Notes: a model not told the origin generated them from the sequence alone. Shown: positions 30,034 to 39,243, numbered from the stretch's first letter. The stretch is 64,000 nucleotides of DNA from Candidatus Levyibacteriota bacterium (GCA_016199085.1 JACQHJ010000003.1:38676-102675); one strand, 5' to 3'. Numbers and translations are program-made.

Positions 30034-32817
30034 ATGAGCGCTATTGAAACACAAAGTGGGCAACATGGAATTGATTATTCTCATTATCCACATTTACATG
30101 TAGAAGATTCTCCAAGAAAAGTAATGGAGATTAAATCGGTCATGCCTGCAAACTTTAGAGCAAGAGGATTAATGGATATAGGTTGCGATGCAGGAGTAAT
30201 AACAAAATCTGTTGGACAACTAATAGGGGCTGAAAGGGTTGACGCCGTAGAACCGTCAGAGGACGCCATTTCCTATGCTAGGGATAATTTACAAATATTT
30301 CCATATGGTCAAGTGCACCATATGGAATTTACAAAATTTAATCCAAGCAATAAGCCAGACCTTACTATGCTCATAGATGTGTTAGAGCATTTAGATAATC
30401 CAGCTGAAGCACTTAAAAAAGCAGCTGCTCTTACAAGATTTTCAATTATTAGAACTCCACTTGAGGGGAGCATGGCCGTACAGATTCACCAAAGATTATT
30501 CGGAGAAGATATACAAGCTTTAATGGAGCAAAGATATGGGCATATTCATCACTATACAAAGCAAGGATTAAAAGACTTAATTGAAGATAACGGATTTGAT
30601 ATTGTAAGAGAATCTATTACAAGAATTCCTCAAGGGGCAACAATTTTAGATAGAAGAATAAGTAAAATATTAGAATCGACAGTTTGGAGGTTGTTAAGAA
30701 GTAAATATCCTGACTTATGGGGAGGGTTTTATGTTGCGTTTGCAAAAAGTAGAGAAAGACAAGTTTTAGAAGATGATGTATATCAAAAAATACAAGGTGC
30801 AATAAATCAAGTTTTAGGAGAGTCAAACGTAGTTTCTGTTATTGTATTTGGATCAACAACGGCTGATAGAGACAAAACTCACTCAGATTATGATTTCACT
30901 GTAATTGCTCGCGATTTAAATAGAGACATTAATCAGAGAGAGCAAGCTTCACCTACGATAAAAAAAGTTCTTCAAGATGAGGGAATAAAACAACTATGTG
31001 CGTTCAATATTTACTCTCCTGAAGAATTTGCCTCAGCTGCAAGAAAGGGATCTTGGTTGGTTGAGACTATGAAGACAAACAATAGGATTGTATATGATCC
31101 TGAAGGATTTATGGCTATGGCTTTAGGTGTTACAGCTCCAAACGTTTCTCAAACAGGAGAATTTTCATGGAATGGAGTATCCCACGAGTCAGAGACTCAT
31201 GTACAAGAGGTAATTCAAAGATATAATCGGTTATCACATATAATCTCTCCTATTGACCAAAAAATGGCTAACTACTATAGAAGAGAGGCAATAAGAGGTC
31301 AATTAATATTGAGACTATTTGAGCACGGTGAATATGATACTAGAGGGTCAATTTTTTCACTTGCAAAGAAATTAAGGTATAAGTATGGAGCGCAGCTAGA
31401 TCTACAAAACTTACAGGTTGAAGATTTTTATCAAGAGATTGAGGGTAAGAAAAGAATATTAGATTATGATAGTTCAAATCTTCATTTAAGAATTGCAGAT
31501 GAATTAAATGCTCAAGGATTACATTTAGATGCTCTTGCCCACACTTACCATGCATTAAAAGCAGTTTATTTAAGGTCATTACATAAAAGCGGAAGGTATA
31601 TCGTTGAAGGAGAAATAACTCAATTATTTGTTAAAGAATTTGCTCATATTTTACCTAAAGAAGTAGTTGACTTAATTTTTGCAAATTCATTCAAAGCAGA
31701 ACAAATACTAGGAAGGTCAGGATTTACAACTTTCGACTTAGATAAAGAAGGCTCACCGCTATATGAAGATCAAGTTAACCAAGGGAACAATTACGAGACA
31801 ATTCAAAATAATCTAAGATCAATTATTAATAGTTTGGGCGCAAAAGAAGAAATCTTAAAAAGCAGCACTTCTCCTAAAATTTCCATAGTAATTGCAACAT
31901 ATAATAGGCCTGATAAGATCATTAACTGCATAACAGCTTTAAATACTTTATTAATTCCCGATGATCAAGTAGAGTTAATCGTTGTTAACGATGGATCTAC
32001 TGCCGAATACGATGAGGCATCAATTATTAACTCAAGTAAATTTCCTGTTAAATACGTTGCAAAAGAACACTCAGGAATATGTGGAACAAAAAATGAAGGA
32101 ATTCATCAAAGCCAAGGCGATTATGTAGCGTTTTTAGATGATGACATGGTTACCTCTCCATTCTGGTTAATCAATTTAGTGGCTGGTTTTAAAAACGAAA
32201 GAATTGCAGGAGTAGGATCAACAAACCTAACATATCCTGATAATAACCCAATCTCTGAATATGCTGATTATAGGGAATTAGCTAGGAGAGCATTCAAAGA
32301 CGAATCAGGTGAAATATTAAATGTTTTAACAGGAAGCGCCTGTATTAGAAGAGACGTTTTGCTTCAAGTTGGAGGGTTCAACATGAGACAGTCAGAGCTT
32401 GGTGTAGGATTTGGTGGAGACGATGTTGACTTAACATGGAGAATTAGAAATGCCGGATATTCATTAAATCATGTTAATGAAGCAGTGTGCTTCCATAATC
32501 ATAGGGCAGATCTTGGGTCACTAATTAAGCAGCATGTTGGGTACGGTGAAGGAACAATGTTTCATTGTCTTGATACACAAAGAGATCCTGAATCATTGGG
32601 TATTCCGAGTCCTGACTACATCTCAGTAGCCAAAGACTTATTGGCATATACCTATCTTGAAGTGCCCAAAAGAATGATTAGATCATATAAAGACGGATTA
32701 GGCTTAATAAGATCACTTCAGTATCCTTTATTAGACTTATTAAGAAGGGGAAGTTATGATGTAGGTATACTAAAAGCAAAAAGATTTAAAACAGCCTTAG
32801 ACAAATTTAATAAATAA
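30034..32817 (+). CDS. Fusion protein: SAM methyltransferase - nucleotidyltransferase - helical (HEPN-like) - GT2
   Basis: DIGCDAG and DVLEHL; FGST..SDYDF; ISIVIATYNR, NDGS, FLDDD, GGDDVDLTWR. Confidence 0.8.
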   Translation: MSAIETQSGQHGIDYSHYPHLHVEDSPRKVMEIKSVMPANFRARGLMDIGCDAGVITKSVGQLIGAERVDAVEPSEDAISYARDNLQIFPYGQVHHMEFTKFNPSNKPDLTMLIDVLEHLDNPAEALKKAAALTRFSIIRTPLEGSMAVQIHQRLFGEDIQALMEQRYGHIHHYTKQGLKDLIEDNGFDIVRESITRIPQGATILDRRISKILESTVWRLLRSKYPDLWGGFYVAFAKSRERQVLEDDVYQKIQGAINQVLGESNVVSVIVFGSTTADRDKTHSDYDFTVIARDLNRDINQREQASPTIKKVLQDEGIKQLCAFNIYSPEEFASAARKGSWLVETMKTNNRIVYDPEGFMAMALGVTAPNVSQTGEFSWNGVSHESETHVQEVIQRYNRLSHIISPIDQKMANYYRREAIRGQLILRLFEHGEYDTRGSIFSLAKKLRYKYGAQLDLQNLQVEDFYQEIEGKKRILDYDSSNLHLRIADELNAQGLHLDALAHTYHALKAVYLRSLHKSGRYIVEGEITQLFVKEFAHILPKEVVDLIFANSFKAEQILGRSGFTTFDLDKEGSPLYEDQVNQGNNYETIQNNLRSIINSLGAKEEILKSSTSPKISIVIATYNRPDKIINCITALNTLLIPDDQVELIVVNDGSTAEYDEASIINSSKFPVKYVAKEHSGICGTKNEGIHQSQGDYVAFLDDDMVTSPFWLINLVAGFKNERIAGVGSTNLTYPDNNPISEYADYRELARRAFKDESGEILNVLTGSACIRRDVLLQVGGFNMRQSELGVGFGGDDVDLTWRIRNAGYSLNHVNEAVCFHNHRADLGSLIKQHVGYGEGTMFHCLDTQRDPESLGIPSPDYISVAKDLLAYTYLEVPKRMIRSYKDGLGLIRSLQYPLLDLLRRGSYDVGILKAKRFKTALDKFNK

Positions 32818-32832
32818 AGATACAATTAACAA

Positions 32833-33393
32833 ATGATTATTACTTCATATTTTGTTGGAATTTTACTTGATGATATATTTATTGATTTGTATAATGAAAT
32901 AGGTCAATATTTATCAGACAATAAAATTAAACATTTAATTACTCTTCAAAATAAATCTAGTCTACATATTACACTTTATTATTTTAAGAAAGATATTGAT
33001 AAAGAAACTATAAGCAGTATTCTACTTGATATAAAAACAATTAAGATTCCTCTTATTAAAATTGATGAGGTTAAATATTTTAAGAATAATAATAAATATT
33101 TGTTATGTTACTTAAATTGCGATAAGCAGAAAATTTTTGAAAAAATAAATTCTTATTTTGCGCAAAAATACAAAAATGATCAAGTATTAGATAATCAATA
33201 CCAATATATTCCTCATATTTCATTTTTTAAGATAAACGATCAAATTAATTTTTTAAGACATAAAGAATCAATCGAAAAAATTATATACAAACATATTAAA
33301 TTAATAGATAATAAAAGAGTATTAGACTCAGTTAGGCTATTTAAGGTTAATTCAAAAACAGACCCAGAAACTCAAATCCCCATGTATACTTGA
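32833..33393 (+). CDS. 2H phosphoesterase family protein
   Basis: Two HxT/S motifs: LHITL and PHISF. Confidence 0.8.
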   Translation: MIITSYFVGILLDDIFIDLYNEIGQYLSDNKIKHLITLQNKSSLHITLYYFKKDIDKETISSILLDIKTIKIPLIKIDEVKYFKNNNKYLLCYLNCDKQKIFEKINSYFAQKYKNDQVLDNQYQYIPHISFFKINDQINFLRHKESIEKIIYKHIKLIDNKRVLDSVRLFKVNSKTDPETQIPMYT

Positions 33394-33435
33394 AATCTAT
33401 TGTTGTATTTGCTATACTATAGGTTAAATTTTGGT

Positions 33436-34257
33436 ATGAATGTTAAAATTAACAATATAATAGCGTCAAATAAAAAGCCTTTTATTTTAATTGCAGGGCC
33501 CGATTCGATTGAGTCATTAGACCATGCAATGCTTATGGCTAAGAGCATTAATAAAATTGCAAAACAATTTCAAATTCCCTATGTATTTAAAGCTTCATAC
33601 GATAAGGCAAATAGAACTTCTGTTACTTCTTTCCGTGGGGTCGGTATGGAAGAAGGAGTAAAAATTCTAACTAAAATTCAAGACACTCTTAAAATTCCGG
33701 TTACGACTGATGTCCATACCGTAGAACAGGCAGAATATGTTGGTAAATTTATAAATTTAATACAAGTGCCAGCGCTTTTAAGCAGGCAGACGGACTTATT
33801 AGTTGCAGCAGGAAAAACAAAAAAGGCAGTGAATATTAAAAAGGGACAATTTATTGCACCTCAAAATGCAAATAACTTAATAGGAAAAGTTACATCGACG
33901 GGAAATACAAACGTATTAATAACAGAAAGAGGAACAACCTTTGGTTACAATGATGTAGTAACTGATATGCGTGGATTAGAAATAATGAAAAGGTTCGGTT
34001 ACCCAGTAATATTTGATGCTTCCCATACAGTTCAATTTCCATCAAATCTAGGAAATAAATCAGGTGGAGATAGAAGTTTAATTCCAGCTTTAGCAAAAGC
34101 AGCAATTGCTGTTGGAATTGCGGGCATATTCATGGAGATACATAATAATCCTTCCAAGGCACCTGTAGATGGATTAAGTTCTTTAGATTTGAAGGATCTT
34201 AAAGGATTATTGAGAACATTAAAGTCTATAGATAAAATAGTTAAGAATTATGAATAA
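33436..34257 (+). CDS. kdsA: Kdo-8-phosphate synthase
   Basis: IAGP, KASYDKANRTS, RQTDL, KKGQF, ERG, DASH. Confidence 0.95.
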   Translation: MNVKINNIIASNKKPFILIAGPDSIESLDHAMLMAKSINKIAKQFQIPYVFKASYDKANRTSVTSFRGVGMEEGVKILTKIQDTLKIPVTTDVHTVEQAEYVGKFINLIQVPALLSRQTDLLVAAGKTKKAVNIKKGQFIAPQNANNLIGKVTSTGNTNVLITERGTTFGYNDVVTDMRGLEIMKRFGYPVIFDASHTVQFPSNLGNKSGGDRSLIPALAKAAIAVGIAGIFMEIHNNPSKAPVDGLSSLDLKDLKGLLRTLKSIDKIVKNYE

Positions 34258-34864
34258 AGATTTAATAATAAAAGCTGGAAAAGCAGTGCTAAAAAATGCT
34301 GCAAGAAATATATTAATTACAGAAAAGAAACTAGACAATAATTTCGTTGAAGCAGTAAATATTCTAAAACGAAGAAAGGGTAAGATAATTGCTGTTGGTA
34401 TTGGGAAATCAGGGATAATAGCTAATAAATTTTCTTCAACTATATCTAGTACAGGAAACCTTTGCATATTCGTTCACCCAACCGAAGCATTTCACGGAGA
34501 CTTTGGAAAAATTAATGAAAAAGATGTCTTAGTAATTTTTTGCCATAGTGGTGAAACAAAAGAAATTATCGATTTCTTAATGTTTTGTAAACAAAAAAAT
34601 AAAAATATTAAGATTATATCTATTACCTCAAAATTTGATTCAACTATTTCACTTATGTCAAATGTAACTTTAACTACTTGGGTAGAAGAAGAGCATGCAG
34701 ATCCAAGATTTAAGTTGATTCCGACAACAAGTGCTTCTGTAACATTGGCCTTATCAGATGCTTTAATAATATCTCTGCAGACAATTAACAAATTTCAAGC
34801 ACATAGATTCTATAAAAATCACCCTGGAGGACATATTGGTGAAATATCAAGAAACTATAATTAA
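34250..34864 (+). CDS. kdsD: Arabinose-5-phosphate isomerase (SIS domain only, KdsD/KpsF-like)
   Basis: GIGKSG, HPTEAFHGDFG, SGET, PTTS, HPGG. Confidence 0.85.
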   Translation: MNKDLIIKAGKAVLKNAARNILITEKKLDNNFVEAVNILKRRKGKIIAVGIGKSGIIANKFSSTISSTGNLCIFVHPTEAFHGDFGKINEKDVLVIFCHSGETKEIIDFLMFCKQKNKNIKIISITSKFDSTISLMSNVTLTTWVEEEHADPRFKLIPTTSASVTLALSDALIISLQTINKFQAHRFYKNHPGGHIGEISRNYN

Positions 34865-35525
34865 TAACTCCCTACCTAAATCATTCATTTTTGACATGGA
34901 TGGTGTATTAATTGATAGTGAGTCTGCCTGGGTTCCTTTCCAAGATGCATTCTCAACCTCATTATTTGGCCTAGAAATATATAAAAAAGTTGGTGCCTCA
35001 GTAGGAATAACAATAAACGACATTTATAAAAAGGCAAGTAGATTTGGTTTTTCAATGAATATGGATCAATATTATTCTAGATATGATCAGCAAGCAATTG
35101 AGGTGTATAAAAATGCTAAGCCGACAAAGGAAATAAAGAAATTGGTAACTTTCTTAAAACATAGGGGATTTAAAATAGGGCTTGTTTCATCCTCAAGAAA
35201 AACTTGGATTAAATTTGTACTAAATAAACTCGATTTAGAAGGGCTATTTGATGACATTTTATCTATAAATGATGAGAAAATTGAATCAAAACCAAAACCA
35301 ACTGCATATAGCAAAATAATTAACAAACTTGGTGTAAAAGAATCTCAGGCTATTGTTCTAGAAGATACAAATAATGGAATTAATTCTGCTAAAAAAGCTG
35401 GTGCAATTGTAATAGGTTTTCAAGAAAATATTCCTAATAATTACATACAGAAAAACGCTGATTACTATGCTATCAATGTAAATGATGTTATAAATGTTGT
35501 AAATAGATTAATAGATGGCAGGTGA
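34836..35525 (+). CDS. HAD family phosphatase
   Basis: FDMDGVLIDSE, SKPKP, LEDTNNG. Confidence 0.9.
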   Translation: MVKYQETIINNSLPKSFIFDMDGVLIDSESAWVPFQDAFSTSLFGLEIYKKVGASVGITINDIYKKASRFGFSMNMDQYYSRYDQQAIEVYKNAKPTKEIKKLVTFLKHRGFKIGLVSSSRKTWIKFVLNKLDLEGLFDDILSINDEKIESKPKPTAYSKIINKLGVKESQAIVLEDTNNGINSAKKAGAIVIGFQENIPNNYIQKNADYYAINVNDVINVVNRLIDGR

Positions 35526-36339
35526 AAGAAAAGATTTACCAACTCCAAAGCTTGCAACTGCAAGAGATGCATATGATTCATATGCTAAATACTATGACGA
35601 ATCAACTAATTGGTTTGATCAAGATCTTCCTTTTTATTCCAGATTACTGCAAACAACTGTACCGCCGTTTATTGAAGTAGGCTGTGGAACTGGACGAGTA
35701 CTCAATTACTTATTGACATCATCTGGAGCTAATAAACCAAAGGGGGAATCTCCTGCCTACATAACTGGTGTTGATATATCAGAGGAGATGCTTGAAGTTT
35801 GTAGAAGAAAAGCTAAAAAATTTATTGATAAAAAAGTATTAATATTAATAAATCATGATCTCGCTGAAGAACCGTTGCCAGATGTAAGTTTTAATGCTGC
35901 GCTTGTGACATTTTACGTTATGAACTATATACCGGAGGAATTACAAGCTAGATTTTTAGAAAATATTTATTCAATGTTAAATCCTAGAGGAATTATAGCA
36001 ATAAATTTATTCTATCCTAGAATACAAAGAGAACCATCTATCGCAAATGCATGGAAAAGCCATTCTATACCCACGCGCGAAGGACCAGTTTCTTTCGATG
36101 AAAGACAAAGATTAATAGAAGACGTAGAAGAAAGAGAGCTAATATTTAATCCAACCATGTTTGGAGGTGAAAGAATTTTCTTAAGGAGATTTTATATTTC
36201 TCCAACCAAGGGGAAAACGTTGCTTGAGCAAGCTGGTTTTACTGACGTAGAGCACTTAAAAGGTTTTAATAGGCACAACCTTGGAAATTTCGAGGAAGAT
36301 CCCAATTCTTATAGCTTTACATTAATTGCTAGAAAATAA
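35515..36339 (+). CDS. Class I SAM-dependent methyltransferase
   Basis: EVGCGTGR, GVDISEEML, LNPRG. Confidence 0.9.
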   Translation: MAGERKDLPTPKLATARDAYDSYAKYYDESTNWFDQDLPFYSRLLQTTVPPFIEVGCGTGRVLNYLLTSSGANKPKGESPAYITGVDISEEMLEVCRRKAKKFIDKKVLILINHDLAEEPLPDVSFNAALVTFYVMNYIPEELQARFLENIYSMLNPRGIIAINLFYPRIQREPSIANAWKSHSIPTREGPVSFDERQRLIEDVEERELIFNPTMFGGERIFLRRFYISPTKGKTLLEQAGFTDVEHLKGFNRHNLGNFEEDPNSYSFTLIARK

Positions 36340-36470
36340 AATTTAACGTCTGATATCTTGAGTTATGCGACGATTTTGGTCAGCTTAGAAGCGAAAAAAC
36401 AAATTTTTGAGTAATACAGGCTATATATTGCTAGTCTAAAGCGGTCTCGTGTAGCGCTCGAATACAGTTG

Positions 36471-36509
36471 TGCTGAGCATACCGCTCTCGACCCATTACA
36501 TCATTATAG
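36471..36509 (+). repeat. attB-like cassette boundary site 1
   Basis: TGCTGAGCATACCGCTCTCGACCC-N6-TCATTATAG. Confidence 0.75.
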
Positions 36510-36552
36510 CGGTCGGGCTGAAGCTGAATAAGGCAATATCAGAATATTTAAT

Positions 36553-37137
36553 TTATGGCTTAATTTTAATACCTGACTTTTCCAAAAGAGGAATTATAAT
36601 TTCCATTGGCAATCCATGAGTAAGACCTGTTAATGAACCGTTAACTTTTGAAATTGTTGTTAATCCATATGTATTTGCAGGACAAAATGCACCAGACCAA
36701 GTAAGCACGGGGTATTTATTTATAACTTCTTCTATCTCTTCTTCACTAAACTTTCTTGTTGAAAAATCAACTACAATACATGTTGAGAAATCAATACTAT
36801 TTTGTTTATCTAAATAACAAACACCTGCATAAAGCTTAGAATTTTCATTCCCGGATTCTTCTCGCAGCATTTGTTTTGCTTCTTCAATAGTTTGAGGCTT
36901 TTCATAGACTTTTCCATTATGAACTGCAAAAGAATCTGCCGAAATAATTATTCCTTTATGTTTCATAGCGACATTTTCAGCTTTTGCTCGGGCTATTTTT
37001 TCTGCCCTCTTTGCTAAATCGCTATCTCTTATTAATTTTTCATCTATATTGGCTGGAATAATTTCATAGGGGATATTTAATACATCCATTAACATTTTTC
37101 TGTTGGCTGAGCCCGAAGCTAAAATAATTCTTTGCAT
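36553..37137 (-). CDS. Maf family nucleoside triphosphate pyrophosphatase (cassette 1)
   Basis: IILASGSANR, IDEK, ARAKA, SADS, KP..EA. Confidence 0.88.
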   Translation of the reverse strand: MQRIILASGSANRKMLMDVLNIPYEIIPANIDEKLIRDSDLAKRAEKIARAKAENVAMKHKGIIISADSFAVHNGKVYEKPQTIEEAKQMLREESGNENSKLYAGVCYLDKQNSIDFSTCIVVDFSTRKFSEEEIEEVINKYPVLTWSGAFCPANTYGLTTISKVNGSLTGLTHGLPMEIIIPLLEKSGIKIKP

Positions 37138-37158
37138 TTTATTTAAAATTATTATTTA

Positions 37159-37214
37159 TCAAAACCACGTTTTTGTGCTGAGCATACCGGTCTAGAACCG
37201 TTTTGTCGTTATAA
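37159..37214 (+). repeat. attB-like cassette boundary site 2 (symmetric)
   Basis: TCAAAACC..TGTGCTGAGCATACCGGTCTAGAACC-N6-TCGTTATAA; GGTnTnGA at positions 12-19 on both arms from the central GC (37177-37178). Confidence 0.8.
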
Positions 37215-37664
37215 CTACTTGTCTAGTTTGAATATGCTTATATCTTCTTCTGATAAATTATCCTTCTCCCAAAATTTGAGCCTGTGCCAAATAGTTTGTC
37301 CTTTCATATCTTTTTGAATTGCGACTACTAGCTTTTTATAGAAATCGTCACTATCGCCGCCTGCTGGTTTTTTGCTAGAATGCGCAGCGATAAATTTATT
37401 AGCTAAGCGAATAACAGTTGCCGAAGCATAAAGGGGAGCATGAGTATAAAGTTCTTCCATGAAATTCTTTTGTCTTTCCTTATCAATCCATCCCTCAAAA
37501 AAACCAATTATATTTTCGAGAAATTTTTTATATTGATCTTCTTTCCTTTCTCTTGCGTAAAGCTCCCGCTCTCTGTTTCTTTCGAATCGATCATTAAGAT
37601 ATGCGCCAATAAGGCCACCCAATCCTAACGATCCGACTAGGGCAATAAGTATTTCAGAATTCAT
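37215..37664 (-). CDS. Hypothetical protein with N-terminal TM (cassette 2)
   Basis: 149-aa ORF filling the space between two sites; stop codon abuts site 2. Confidence 0.75.
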   Translation of the reverse strand: MNSEILIALVGSLGLGGLIGAYLNDRFERNRERELYARERKEDQYKKFLENIIGFFEGWIDKERQKNFMEELYTHAPLYASATVIRLANKFIAAHSSKKPAGGDSDDFYKKLVVAIQKDMKGQTIWHRLKFWEKDNLSEEDISIFKLDK

Positions 37665-37707
37665 TTATTATTAAAACTGCAGACACGCTCATGATTGTGT
37701 TTGTTTT

Positions 37708-37746
37708 TGCTGAGCATCTCGGTTTAGAACCACCTTATCTTTATTG
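37708..37746 (+). repeat. attB-like cassette boundary site 3
   Basis: TGCTGAGCATCTCGGTTTAGAACC-N6-TCTTTATTG. Confidence 0.75.
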
Positions 37747-37760
37747 CTATTCTAGATTGC

Positions 37761-38321
37761 CTACTCTTGTTTAACGCCTATTGTGCGTTGAGACTCTAAT
37801 TTATTGGCCGCTTCTAAAAAAGATGCTCTATCATTCAAGTCTATATCTTTACTCATTTCCTTAAAACTTTCTAATTGTTCTTTTGTTTGAGCTATTAAGA
37901 TGTCTTTATGTTTTAGATAAAACCACAGACGAAATGCAGTCATGAAGCCTGTAATCTCAATGGTTAACTCTTGATACATCCTAATATCGTCCCAGATAAC
38001 AAATTCGCTTGATGCTGGATTAAATCTCAGTAATTTATCAGGATCACTATTTGCATGTTTAAAAAAATTATAGGGTTCATTAAGTTTTTTTAGCACAAAG
38101 GCCTGTTTCTCTGGTTTTATGTATCCATCCATCTGGGATTTAAAAGATTTTATGCCTGAGGCTTTTCCTATTCCAGATAGTATTTCTTCGGCAGCGCAAG
38201 CAGAAAGGTGAATTATTACAAAATCTCCATAATTAAAAAACAATTTAATAGCATGCTCTAATTCTCTTTTTGCAACATCTAGCTTTGAGACGTTTATGAT
38301 TTTTTTAGTTTCTTCGTCCAT
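37761..38321 (-). CDS. HEPN-like helical protein (cassette 3)
   Basis: KLDVAKRELEHAIKLFF..IHLSACAAEEIL..YNFFKHA pattern (NxxKH, resembling HEPN RxxxxH). Confidence 0.6.
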   Translation of the reverse strand: MDEETKKIINVSKLDVAKRELEHAIKLFFNYGDFVIIHLSACAAEEILSGIGKASGIKSFKSQMDGYIKPEKQAFVLKKLNEPYNFFKHANSDPDKLLRFNPASSEFVIWDDIRMYQELTIEITGFMTAFRLWFYLKHKDILIAQTKEQLESFKEMSKDIDLNDRASFLEAANKLESQRTIGVKQE

Positions 38322-38333
38322 ATACTATTCAAT

Positions 38334-38422
38334 CTTGCTGGCTACTTACGAAAAATGTCGAACTTCGTTTCTTAAATAGTCGCTTCGCTCCTACTATTTT
38401 AGAGCTCGGCCTCGCCTCGCTC
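38334..38422 (+). repeat. attL: core plus P' arm (89 bp; exact inverted copy at 43620-43708)
   Basis: 89/89 identity to the reverse complement of 43620-43708. Confidence 0.92.
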
Positions 38423-38479
38423 TTTTGTATTTTTTGCCAGAACGAACAAACCTTTTCGCGCGATTTTTATTATACCAAA

Positions 38480-38885
38480 TAACCCGCCCGCCCGACGGAA
38501 AGGAGCGGCGACCCCGCCTTTATGCGAGAGGACTTCCTAGGGGAAGTCTCGCCAGTATCTTTACTTTTTTAAAACTCTTTACAGTCTCTTACTCGCCCCG
38601 CTTCGGCGGGGCTAAATTTCTTCTAACTTAAAACCGCCTGCAGTCAGCGGGGTACTTCCGCTTTTCGCCCCCGCCGATGTTATTCTACCCCCTATTTAGT
38701 TTACGATCTTTGGGATAAACCATATTGGCTCGCCCCGCAAGGTTTCAAGTAAAAGAAGTTTCCGCGGGGCTCGCTTTGGTCGGACTGCCTATACCAAGTC
38801 GGTGGTAAATAAAGTTTTCCTAACGGCAGTTCTCCTTTTAAGGGCGTAATCCTCACGGTGCGGGGGCGGCGGACGCTGCCAATCA
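38480..38885. other. GC-rich, hairpin-dense non-coding region (candidate structured RNA or origin)
   Basis: Hairpins GACTTCC-TAGG-GGAAGTC, GCCCCGC-TTCG-GCGGGGC (38595-38612), GCCCCGC..GCGGGGC (~38732-38770); no credible ORF. Confidence 0.45.
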
Positions 38886-38983
38886 TTTTTGTCTGAAAAA
38901 TTTGACGATAACAGACATTAATAGCTTACAAACTTACGTGAGATAACAGCCTCAAATATACTACATTCAGCCTATTTAATAGT

Positions 38984-39017
38984 ATATCTTGACAATAATA
39001 GTAAGATATGTTATAAT
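38984..39017 (+). promoter_or_regulatory. Consensus sigma70 promoter with overlapping operator
   Basis: TTGACA(38989)-17-TATAAT(39012) with extended TG; ATATCTTGAC..GTAAGATAT inverted repeat over the -35. Confidence 0.85.
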
Positions 39018-39024
39018 ACAAGCC

Positions 39025-39243
39025 ATGAAAGAAGATAGAGCACAAAGATTTAAGAGAATCGCCACATATAGAACAAACGAGGTCTTGGATAAGCTCAGGC
39101 TCTTAGGGAATCTCTCCAACAAAGCTAATTATGAATATACAGAGGACGAGGTAAACAAAATATTTTCAGCTATAGAGATTCAGTTAAGAATTGCTAAGGC
39201 TAAATTTTCTTCTTCAAAGAAAAAGAAAGAGTTTTCGCTATGA
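39025..39243 (+). CDS. Small helical protein (72 aa), first gene of the cargo operon, possible regulator
   Basis: MKEDRAQRFKRIA..RTNEVL..LRLLGNLSNKANYEYT; leaderless ATG 7 nt after the -10. Confidence 0.75.
   Translation: MKEDRAQRFKRIATYRTNEVLDKLRLLGNLSNKANYEYTEDEVNKIFSAIEIQLRIAKAKFSSSKKKKEFSL

Noticed and set aside
36471-37746. CRISPR array or classical integron attC sites
   Set aside because: Spacing is gene-sized, there are no cas genes or tyrosine integron integrase, and there are no RYYYAAC/GTTRRRY boxes.
36471-37746. Additional tRNA genes or pseudogenes
   Set aside because: Only a T-arm/acceptor 3'-like part is present; no complementary 5' acceptor strand, D arm or anticodon arm was found.
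38425-38886. ORFs 38425-38631(+) and 38701-38886(-)
   Set aside because: Short, atypical R/P/G-rich composition arising from the GC-rich hairpin region.
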